Of a DNA stretch of 64,000 bases, positions 14,461-25,500 are shown piece by piece. This DNA comes from Azolla caroliniana. Lineage: Eukaryota; Plantae; Polypodiophyta. The stretch spans positions 10,292,001-10,356,000 of the forward strand of contig JBHGNT010000011.1 of NCBI GenBank assembly GCA_043228905.1, given 5' to 3'. Under the pieces are notes generated by a model that worked only from the letters and a program-made list of their open reading frames with translations, did no database searches and was not told where the DNA came from. Position 1 is the stretch's first letter. Each line of letters starts with the position of its first letter. The translations under genes and the position numbers were made by a program.

Positions 14461-14745
14461 CAACAGTTATGCACATACAACAATATGACAACAACTTACT
14501 TTTGTGTTTGCCCTAGGTCATATTTATACTCATATGCACTTCGGGCTATTTACAAATATAGCCTCAATAGGCTTATTCAAAACATATTTACAAATATGTC
14601 TTCTCTTCCAATTCTCACTGGGTCCATCCGATCCGGTTTCCGAATCTCTTTCGATTCTCACCGGTGTCATGGAGAAAACCAGCCATAGGAGGAATTGGGA
14701 GTCCTAGCGCGTGAACAGGTTTTTCACAGATACGCACCAATTTAA

Positions 14746-15251
14746 TGTGGAGAATGGTGCAGAATTCTGCTCAGCCACAACCAAGTCTTGAGCACTTCTC
14801 TTGAGAATGAAACACAAAAATGGGAAGTGGAGAATACACAAAGGAAATACACATAGGATGTTTACGTGGAAAACCCTAATAGGGAAAAACCACGGGAGCC
14901 CACAAACTCCAAACTATCACTATGAAGAGAAAGGGTACAATCAGAGACTCATAGGCAGCGACCTCAAGCTCGGTTTCTTCGCTAGGCGGCGGTTACAACA
15001 GTTACAACAACAACCACATAAAGTGATTGCCCTAAGTCATATTTATACTTATATGAACTTAGGTCTATTTACAAATATAGCCTCAATAAGCTTACTCAAA
15101 ACATATTTACAGATATGTCTTCTCTTCCGGTTCTCACCGGCTTTCTTCCAGTTCTCACAAGGTCTCCTCCGGTTTCCGGATCTCTTCCAGTTCTCACCGG
15201 GTCCTCTTTATTCATCACCGGATCCCATCCGGAGAGACTGATTTCCCAACA
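14746..15251 (-). mobile_element. Solo LTR of the Tnt1/Tork-like copia family inside the 5' LTR of E
   Basis: TG...CA ends and perfect TSD TTTAA (14741-14745, 15252-15256). The empty site is visible in the E 3' LTR; similar to the G LTR. Confidence 0.92.
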
Positions 15252-18200
15252 TTTAAGTTAATGTACCTTATTTAAGAATAGGTCGGCGTGCTGTAAGTAT
15301 AAACATATTAATAGGTTAATAGGTTAGCAAGTCAAGGCGTATCTTTGTCCGAAGGTACAGAGAATAAAGGTGATGTAACTAGGATGTAACAGCCCACCTC
15401 GACAGCCTATAAAAAAGGTGGAAGAAAGACTAAGGGGGATATCGCGTTTTGGGAGGGGGAAGTGTTGGCGAACTGGGAACCGAGCACTGATCTCTGTTTT
15501 TCTTATGATCAATCTTTGCTGTAATCTCTGTTTGGTTGTAATCGATTCTTCCTAAGGTGTAATCTCTGTCTATCTTTGGCGTGTTGTCGTTTCCCTGTCT
15601 GAACCGGCAAGTGTTGTGCTTGCCGATACTCGGTGTCTCCGTTCTTTCTCTTTCCTTTCTCTTTCCCTTCTATCTTCGCACACTCCTCGGTCCAGGGCCC
15701 CCCCGGTCCTGCCTTAGTTTCCTACGCGCATGCGTGACAACACGACATAATTTGGTGAACCCAATGTGAAACAAGCGGCAGAGGAGCTTGAAGATGAGAG
15801 GATCCGAACTCGCCGAAGTTATGGCAATAGCCGTCGATCGGCTGGTGAGCACTCGTGAGGGCACGGGTACCCTCGACATAGCCATCGAGTCCATAGTTGG
15901 CAAGATAGGCCGGTTCAGCGGGAAGAACGCAACAAGCTATTTGGAGGCCTATTGGGCCGAGATGATAATGAGGGACATCGCAGAGGACAGACAATTGTCC
16001 GGATTCCCTCGGGTGGTGACACCGGGCATCCACGCGGAGGTGCTCAAGGTGCAGGTTGGCTGCCAGACCTTGGAGTTTGAAGGGCGGCTCCTCGAGAGGT
16101 ACGTGTACGATGACTCCCTTCGGTTGTCAAAGCGGGACTTCATGGAATGGGTTGAGACCCCCGGAAAGGGGAGGAATACGTCAGTGCTCCTTCAGGAATT
16201 CGAGAAACGGTTTGCCCGGCTCTCGGTGTTAGACAGGGCCATGCTTGACACGAGTCATGTCCTATTATTCGTCAAATCTGTGAATGTGCAAGATCAGGAG
16301 CAAGTGGGTCTCCTACTGGAGACGGATGAAGGGCTCACGGCTGACTGGAATGTGGTAAAGAGAGTCTGTAGCCGTTTTGACAAGCAGCGCAAGTGGAGAG
16401 ATGAGGGTTCGGCGACAATGGGACCAACGGCGGCAGGGAAGTCTGAGGAACCATTCCTGGCGTGAAAGGAAGAAACCTAAAGTTGGCTCAAGTCAAGCTC
16501 GGCCCCGACCGGCGTGGTCAAGGGCCCATCCGGAGGAGTGGCTTTAGAAGAGCTAACACAGATGTTGTGCGACCTCCAGATTGCACAGGCCCGGAGAGAC
16601 AATGGAGAATAGTCGCACGACTAGAGGCCTCTGACTGGACAACGATGCGTGTTGTGCGACGAGGTCGGCCACAGCAGGAGAGATTGCGCGGAATTTACGG
16701 AAGCACTCAGAAGTAACTTAGTATACCTGTGGAACGGGTAGGTGCACGCTAGCGACACCTGGAGAGCCCTGGAGATGAATACCGGATGTGGCAGAATGAA
16801 GTGGCTAATGGAGGAAGCTACAGCGCGCCATGCAGAGGCCGTCCACTATTCAGCGTCAGCTAGGATCCGGGTTGGAAGTGACGAAGAACTCTGGATTCTG
16901 GCCATTGGTGCTAAAAGGCCTCTCTGGAGTACGATTGGAGAGGGAGGAAGCGGACCGTGCAAAGCATCGGGTCCGGGGAGTCACGGGGTGGTCCGATCCG
17001 GTCGAGGAGAAGGCCGGATTAGTGGAAGCGACGTGCCAGAACTACGAAGTTCTAGTAGAGTACAAGCGAGCGGGGAGAGCCGAAGGAACCGGACCCGCAA
17101 ACCAGTACAAGACCCAGTTCGGACCGAAGAAGAATGATGTCGGTAATTCTGGCATACTGGACAAAACAAAGCAGGCCGGTTACCGGCTGGGCATGGAGAT
17201 TGAGAGATCGACGGACTTGCTGAAGGTCCTCGAAGAGCGGATCCTCGATAGCAAGGTAGAGTTGTCGTTGAGAGAGGTGCTCGGAATCGCGAAGAGGGAG
17301 TTCCACAATTCCATCATGGACTTGGTAAAGCGTAAACGGCTCTCGACAGAGCCGGAACCAGAGAGGCCCGTGGAAGTGCGGACGACGCACCTAGAGGACG
17401 AGGCCTTGGAGGATGAGTTGGCGGAGAGCCACTACTCGAAGTTGCACTGGGCAAGAGCCGGTGGTAGCATTGATAGACCACAGCTCCGAAATAAACCTGA
17501 TGTCCATGGAGTTCTACTAAAAGGGAAAATGGCCGATCAACACCAAGCACAGGTGGAAAATACGCGCGGCTGCACGCACTACGGAGGCGTTGCACGGAGC
17601 GTGCCCGAGTGCGCGCGTAAAGATCGGCGACGTCGAAATAGACCAGCACTTCTTCGTGCAGGAAAAATCCTCACACCCGGTTATCCTCAGTGAACCATAC
17701 ATTACATCAGCCCGTATGGAGACCAAGGTGTTGGACAACGGTTCGGCGTACGCAAGGGTCAAAAGCCAAGATGGACGTCACTCCGTCTAGTTCTTGACAG
17801 TACAACCGAACCACGAGCGCACCCGAGAGACTTTCCGTAGTGGCAACTGAGGGGATTTTTAGAGAGGGCTATCAAGGCATGGGGCCGCGATAGTCCGGAC
17901 ACCCCGGAGGAACCCCACACGTGTACCATAGGTAGGAAATTTTGGTTCTTCAAAAACGGAGGTTGTACGATAGCCGGCATCGGCGGCTGGGAAAGAAGAT
18001 AGGTCGAGGAGCGTCTTAGAGCATGCGGAGCCCTCAGCCTCGACAAAGAGATTAGCGGCGTCGTGGAGGTGGTCTCTTTCGACGACACCCTAGGAAAGAT
18101 GGGGAAGGCGTCCGATGAAGGACTCGGTGAAGACCGGGTCATTCCAGTTAGTTCCATGGAAATGTATGAAGTCATTGCCGACTTCGGGGGCAAGGTTGGG

Positions 18201-20186
18201 TCGGGTTGGATGGCCTGCGTAGACACGAGGTACAAGACTGTGGACTGGAAGGTGAGGCCAGTGGCGGCTCCCTTGCCGGAGGGCAGCAAGGAATGGATGA
18301 AGGGGGTCACATTGGACCCAACTTTGCGGAATCTGGCCGACATAGAGCACCGGTTCACCGATATAATGCTACGGGAGCTCAAGATCAGTGGGGGTGGGTT
18401 TCTACTACTAGCGGAGGAGGACTGGTTTCGGAGGATGCTCGGGAGGCACGGGAAGGCCTTCGCATTTTCTCCGGAGGAGATTGGGTGCGTGGACCCGATG
18501 ATCATGAACCTATGGTTATCTTCACAGTATCGCATGTGTCGTGGAACCTCAAGCCGATTCTGGTACCCAGAGCTCACATCCCGAAGTTGATGGAGCTACT
18601 GAAGCAGAAGGTGGAGATGGGCATCCTCGAACCGTCGAGTGCCCCGTATTCGAATCAAGGGTTTACAGTGCCGAAGAAGAACGGCATGTTGCATTTCATT
18701 CAAGACCTGCAGTCGGTCAATAAGGTGACCAGTCGAAACACAGGAATTGGGCCGACCATTGACAAGTTTGCGGAGGCCTTCGCTAGAAGGTCGATCAATT
18801 CGGTTGGTGATCTATGCTTAGGATACGATCAATTCCAACTAGCCATAGAGAGCAGGGATATTACAACAATGCGAACTCCTCTCAGTTTATTGCGGATGTG
18901 TACCCTGCCGCAAGGAGGGACCAACTTGGTGGTGCATATGGTGAACGCAATGAACAAGGTGCTAAGGGACTGTATCCCGGACATCATCATGCCATTCTTG
19001 GACGACATCCCAATAAAAGGGTATCCGGTGGAAGATAAGGATGATTTGGTCGGGCCAGATGGATGCCGGAGGTTCGTGGCGGATCACATCGACGATTGCG
19101 AGAAGGTGCTACAAAGGCTCGACGATGCGCGGCTCACCTTCTCCGGGGAGAAGTCGGCTTTCGGGCAATCCGAAATCTTGGTGGTTGGGCACTTGTCCGG
19201 GCCTTATAGCCGAAAACCGTCTCCGACGAAGGTGGAAGCCATCTCCGTAGTAAAAGAAGAATGCAAGTCGGTTACAGAGGTCTGGAGGTTCTTGGGCGTG
19301 TGTGCGTTCTACCACATCTGGATTCCGCACTACGCACACGTCGCGGAACCACTCTACGGGTTGTTGAAGAAGGGGTGTAAGTTCGAATGGAGCGAAGAGC
19401 ACGCGGAGTCGATCCAAAGGTTGAAGGAAGCGCTAACCACGGCACCAGCACTCCGGAAAGCGGTTTACGAAAAGGGGGTCCCGATATATGTGACCGTGGA
19501 TACGAATCCGACCGGGATCGGATGGGTGGTCAATCAAGAGGACAGAAACTACATGAGGTTCCCCATCCGGTTCGGAGCAAAGGTACTAAGCGGGCGGCAG
19601 CGGGGGTACGCCCAGGTTAAGCGCGAACTTTGGGGTATCATTTCAACAGTTAAGGCCGACAAAGACTATCTTATCGGGACGGAAGTAATAATCGAGACAA
19701 ACTGCCTACCGAGTGTCATGAACACATGACCATTATGGCGTCACCCGGACTTGAACCTCGAACCTTGTAATTCATACTTGAAAACCTCAACCATTAAGAT
19801 AGCTTATTGTTATATGAAACAATAAAAGCTACTTCTTGTATTACATTGATTATTGTAAAAACTCTAGATTATTCTAAAATGTTCTAGAATGTCCTAGAGC
19901 ATTCTAGGTCTAGAACATTCTAGAACATTCTAGAAATCTCTAAGCTATTCTATAGGAACCTATAAATAAGCGCATACATGTATTCTCAAATCAATTCGAA
20001 TCAACACCAGTCTTTAGCTCTCATTACATATCTTGTATCCATTCTCTTTCTTTCTCTATCTTATACATCCATTCTTCTCTATCCTTCTTCCATCACTCTA
20101 TCTTTTATCCTTGGTTCTGACAGTTTGATTCGAATTCTCTCACTCTCTCTCTCTCTCTTATCCTCCTTTGTAACCATCCTGAAACC

Positions 20187-21878
20187 ATGGTTGCCATTAA
20201 CTCAGAAGAATATCTCACCCTTGTTGCAGAAATGGAGAACCTTAAATCCAAGTTCGCATCTCTTGAAGTAGAGAATCAACGTCTACTTGGGGATCTACAA
20301 AAGGTTACTATAGAGAAGCAACAACAACAAGAGGAGTTCACGCAACGAGTGCAACAGTTAGAGTCGACAATCGTCGTGTTACAACAACAAAGGGTTGAAG
20401 GTCAAGGACTCATCAAGGAGCCCAAAATTAGCCTCCCAGCTAAATTTGATGGGTCGAGGGCGCATTTCCGAGGTTTTTTGAATCAAGTACGGTTGGTGAT
20501 TCAAATGCATCCCGCACGTTATCCAACAGATGCATCACGAGTCGGGGTAGTGGGCACTTTATTGACTGGCATAGCGTTGTCGTGGTTTGCTCCATTGCTA
20601 GAGACCAATTCTCCTCTATTGAATAATTTCGAGGAATTTATCAAGGAATTTAAGGCTTGTTTCGGAGATACTGATGGGGCGAGAACAGCTATCAACAAGA
20701 TTCGTACACTTCGTCAAGGTGATCAACCAGCTTCTACATATGCTGCCAATTTCCGTCTCATCGCAAGCGATATTCCTTGGGATGAACAAGCCCTAATGGA
20801 GCAATTCCGTTCAGGCCTTCGTAGTGATGTCAAAGACTTACTTCTTGCCTTCCCCGAGGATCCAAGGTCACTTACAGAAGCTATTAGTCGAGCAATACGG
20901 TGTGATAATCGCCTTTTTGAGCGTCGATGTGAGCGACAACAACAAATAACAAGATCTAGATTCACACCAACTTATGCATCAGTAACGGCGCAATCATCCC
21001 CAAGGCAAATGTATAGCCCTGCTCCAACTCCAATGCAAACACGTAGTCCAGTCCCAATGGATAGTCCTACACCCATGGAGATCGATATGACTCAATGACG
21101 AGGACCGTTGTCAGACGAAGAGAAGCAACGTCGTCGAGAAAACCATCTGTGCTTATATTGTGGAGGTCCAGGACATATAGCCATTCATTGCTCCCGTAGG
21201 CCGAGACGTCAGGTAAATCAAATTCACTATGACAATAAAAATGAGTCCAACATTTTAGAAGTAGTTAGTGAATCTAATATTATGAATAATCCACCCTTGT
21301 CCAATAAATTTGAAGTCCTAAGCCAATTAGAAGAGGAATCAAATGAATAAGTCCGGCCAAAATAGGAGCCATTTGGTTAGACAACCCTAGATATGTACAA
21401 CCTAGTGTGGGTTCCATTTCTTCCAAGCATGGTAGTAGAGTCTTCTCAGCCCTAGTACAAGTTAGGACACCCAGTTGTCAACATCAAGTCCAAGCCCTCT
21501 TAGATACTGGAGCCAATTCTTGTTTCATGGATAGAGATTTTGCCCAAAAACACCAAATATCCTTGCATACACTTCCTTGTCCAGTTTCCGTAGTAGTGAT
21601 TGATGGACGCCCCATAGCTTCCGGGAAGATATTTGAAGAGTCTGAGCCAATACACATACTCTTGGGTGATTTAGGATGTGTAGTTTCCTTTAACATAATC
21701 CGTAGTCCTGAGCATCCAATTGTCCTCGGTTTGCCATGGTTCGAGCTACATAACCCTAGAATCGATTGGAGGAAGCGAGAAATTAGGTGCCCTTTAGCAG
21801 AAAATATCATTGTCAAGGATCGAACTCGGGATTATCCTCCCAAAGTATATAGTTCTACCGATGCACCATATCCTTCTC
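20187..21878 (+). pseudogene. gag (internal TGA at 21096) and protease (-1 frame) of element C
   Basis: 303-aa gag ORF (EPKISLPAKFDGSR) continues in frame to zinc knuckle [14 protein letters not shown] and stop at 21350; protease ALLDTGANSCF in ORF 21407. Confidence 0.9.
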
Positions 21879-21940
21879 TGTTGGGATTTCGGTCCCTCCG
21901 GATGGGATGTCCGGAGATGAATGACGGCAAGCCCGGTTGC

Positions 21941-22102
21941 GGTTACGGAGCCGGATGATGAAGACCCCGGTTACGGAACCGGATGATGAAGACCCCGGTT
22001 ACGGAGCCGGATGATGAAGACCCCGGTTACGGAACCGGATGATGAAGATCCCGGTTACGGAACCGGATGATGAAGACCCCGGTTACGGAACCGGATGATG
22101 AA
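21941..22102 (+). repeat. Six tandem 28-bp units (last partial) in U3 of the D LTR; also at 26735-26896
   Basis: GGTTACGGA(A/G)CCGGATGATGAAGACCCC starting at 21941, 21969, 21997, 22025, 22053 and 22081. Confidence 0.95.
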
Positions 22103-22585
22103 TGTACCCGGAGAGAGATCCGGATGCGGAGACATATTTGTGAATATGTTTGCCAAGAGCCCTTGAGGCTATATTTGTAAATAGCCCGAAAGTCATATGT
22201 GTATAAATATGACTTAGGGCAAACAGTTTTATGTTGTTGCTCATTTTTCATGAGAAGTGAGAGCAGCCGAGAGAGAGAGTGAGAGACGAAGAGGTCGTTG
22301 CCTCTGTGTAATACCGCCGCCTGTGGCGAGGACAGCGAGCTCAAGGTTGTTGCCTTGTAGCCTCACCATTGTACATCTCTGTGTATAGTGATAGTTGGAG
22401 TTAGAGGACTCCCGTGGTTTTTTTCCCATTTAGGGTTTTCCACGTAAACATCCTGTGTGCTCTTCTCTCTGTTGTTCTTCGTGCATTCTTGTATTTCCCG
22501 TTTTCTGCGAATCGATCCTGTTCCTCGGTTGTGGCCGAGCACGGAATTGCAACAAACTGGTATCAGAGCGACGGTAACACAGAAA

Positions 22586-25500
22586 ATGGAAGGCGGCGGT
22601 AGTGGGCCTCCGGGCATGATGGTGCTGAACGCGCAGAACTACGCCGACTGGAAGATAAAGATGGAGGATCTGCTCATTGTTCGGGACCTGTATGAACCGA
22701 TCGACAGGTCGGAAATACCCAAGGGGGTACTTGAGACGGAGTGGAGGCTTCTGAACCGGAAAGCCGTTGCAACCATTCGGCAATACGTCGACGTGAGCGT
22801 TCTACAGCATGTGGCGAACGACACCAACGCATATGAGATGTGGCGGAAGCTGTCGGGCCTCTATGAGAGGAAGAATGCGTTGAACCGGACCTCCCTGATG
22901 AGGAAGATAGTGAACCTCAAGTACCGGGACGGCGAGAGTATGGTGGAACACGTAAGCACGTTCATGGGATTCGTGAACCAGCTTGCGGCGATCAAGTTCC
23001 CGTTGGAGGATGCAATGCAAGCCATCATCCTGATGTGTACATTGCCGGACAGCTGGGAGAACTTGGTGGTGACTCTCAGCACCTCCTGCACCGAAGATAA
23101 CTTGTCTCTACAAACGGTAAAGACAAGTATTTTGAACGAAGAAGCGCGTCGGAGAGATAAAGAACCGGTCTCCGACTCGAAGGCGCTGCTTACCGAATCG
23201 GAACGGGGAAGACAGTGGAACCGGAGTCCGCAAAGACGGGAGAAGTCGGGGACCCGGTCGCAGTCAAGAGGAAGGCCAACATGCTTCCACTGTGGGAAGC
23301 CGGGGCACTTCCGGAAGAATTGTCGGCATTACCGAAAGGACAACGGAGCCGACGACACCGATTCGAAGAAGTCACCGGAGAGAAACGGTGCATACCGGGG
23401 AGCCACGGACCGGAGAGGTCCGGATCGGCGAGGGCAGGACCGGAAAGGAACAACGGCACTCGCGGCAAGTGAGGAAGAAATCATGCTCATCACCGAAGAA
23501 GGTGAACTAAACGTAGCCGGCGATGAGACGACCTGGGTGGTCGATTCCGGAGCATCGTTCCACCTGACCCCGGAGAGAAGATACTTCTCATCCTACACAG
23601 CCGGTGAGCATGGCTGTGTTCGGATGGGGAATGAAGGTACGTGCCGGATTGCCGGCATAGGAGACGTGTGGTTGACAACCCCGACCGGATGCAAAATGCT
23701 GCTGAAGGATGTTCGACACGTTCCGGAGGTTCGATTGAACCTGATTTCGGCCGGGAGGCTAGACGATGAAGGCTACACGGGTAGCATCCGGAACGGTGTC
23801 ATGAAGTTCAGCAAAGGGAGCCTGATAGTGGCTCGGGCCCGGAAGGTCAACACCCTGTACCTGATGAATTCCCGGCTCTGTCCGGAGGAGCTGAACGTGG
23901 CAGCCGACACTGCCGGTGAGCTGTGGCACAAGAGACTGTGCCACATGAGTGAGAAGGGGATGAAGAGGCTTGCAGAAGACAACCTTATTCCAGTGAAGCA
24001 TGTGCACCTGGAGAAGTGCACCGACTGCCTGGCCGGTAAGCAAAACCGGACCTCCTTCCACTCAAGGCCACCGACGAGACGTAGCGCACCATTGGAGCTG
24101 GTGCACACTGATGTGTGTCAGGTAGAAACGAAGTCACATGGCGGAGCCCAGTACTTCGTGACATTCATTGATGACCACAGCCGGAAGCTGTGGACGGCAC
24201 CGTTGAAGACAAAGGACCAAGTGTTGTCCGTCTTCAAAGATCTCCACGCGAGAGTGGAAAGGGAATCCGGCAAGAAGCTGAAAGCAATACGAGCGGATAA
24301 CGGAGGGGAATACCGGGGGCAGTTCCAGGAGTACTGTCGCTCGAAGGGGATCCGGCTCGAGTTTACTGTGCCGAAGACGCCGGAACTGAACGGGCTGGCC
24401 GAGAGGATGAACCGGACCATAATGGAGAGGGTCCGGAGTATGCTGGCGCATGCGAAATTACCCAAGGGGTTTTGGGCTGAGGCAATGTCGACGGCGACGT
24501 ATGTGATAAATAGATCACCCTCAGTACCTCTGGACGGAGACACGCCGCAGAAAGTGTGGACCGGTAAGGAAGTGTCCTACCGGCATCTGAAGGTGTTCGG
24601 GTGTCTCGCATACGTGCATGTGGCAAAGGACCGGAGAGGAAAGCTAGATCCAAAGACCCGGCCATGCATATTCCTCGGTTACGGGGACGACGAGTTCGGC
24701 TACCGAGTATGGGACCCGGTCGACAAGAAGATATTCAGGAGTCGAGACATCATCTTCATGGAGGACAAGACACTCGCCGACTGGGAGTCGGAGAAGAAGA
24801 TGAAGAGCTCAAAGTCGACCGGTGAGGATCAACTCTACGAGGAGCAGTCCCGACCGGCAAGGGACCGGTTAGCACTCGAGGATCCGGCCGAAGACGGTGA
24901 AGAAACAGAACCGGCCGAAGAAGATGAAAATGATACCGGAACCGGCCCCGATCCCGAAATGGATTCCGATGAAGAAGAAGAATCGGAAGAACCGGTTACC
25001 GAAGCTCCCGAACGGAGATATCCTCTAAGAGAGAGAAGGGCCCCCCGGAGATTTCCGGAACCAGAGCACGTGCTGCTAACAGACGAGGGGGAGCCGGAAA
25101 GTTTTGAAGAAGCAAAACATGACACCCAGAGCCGCAGGTGGTTGAGTGCCATGCAGGACGAGATGGATTCCCTGCATGAGAATCACACATATGAACTTGT
25201 GGAGTTGCCGAAAGGAAAGCGGGCACTTCGAAACAAGTGGGTGTTCAAGCTGAAACCGGGAGATGCCGGAAACCCCCCGAGATACAAAGCCAGGATCGTG
25301 GTGAAGGGGTTTCATCAAAAGAAGGGCGTCGACTTCGACGAGATATTTGCCCCGGTAGTGAAGATGACCTCCATCCGGACGGTGCTGAGCATAGCAGCAA
25401 GCATGGACCTCGAGGTAGAACAGATGGACGTGAAGACGGCATTCCTTCACGGTGACCTCGAAGAAGAGATCTACATGCAGCAACCGGAAGGATTCGAGAA

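Noticed and set aside
21941-22102. Regular 28-bp repeats as a CRISPR array
   Set aside because: The units are contiguous with no unique spacers, lie inside both LTRs of a copia element, and no cas genes are present.
22457-22585. N-terminal 43 aa of the 1401-aa ORF
   Set aside because: It starts at a GTG within the LTR and runs through the PBS; the ATG at 22586 aligns with the gag starts of F and G.
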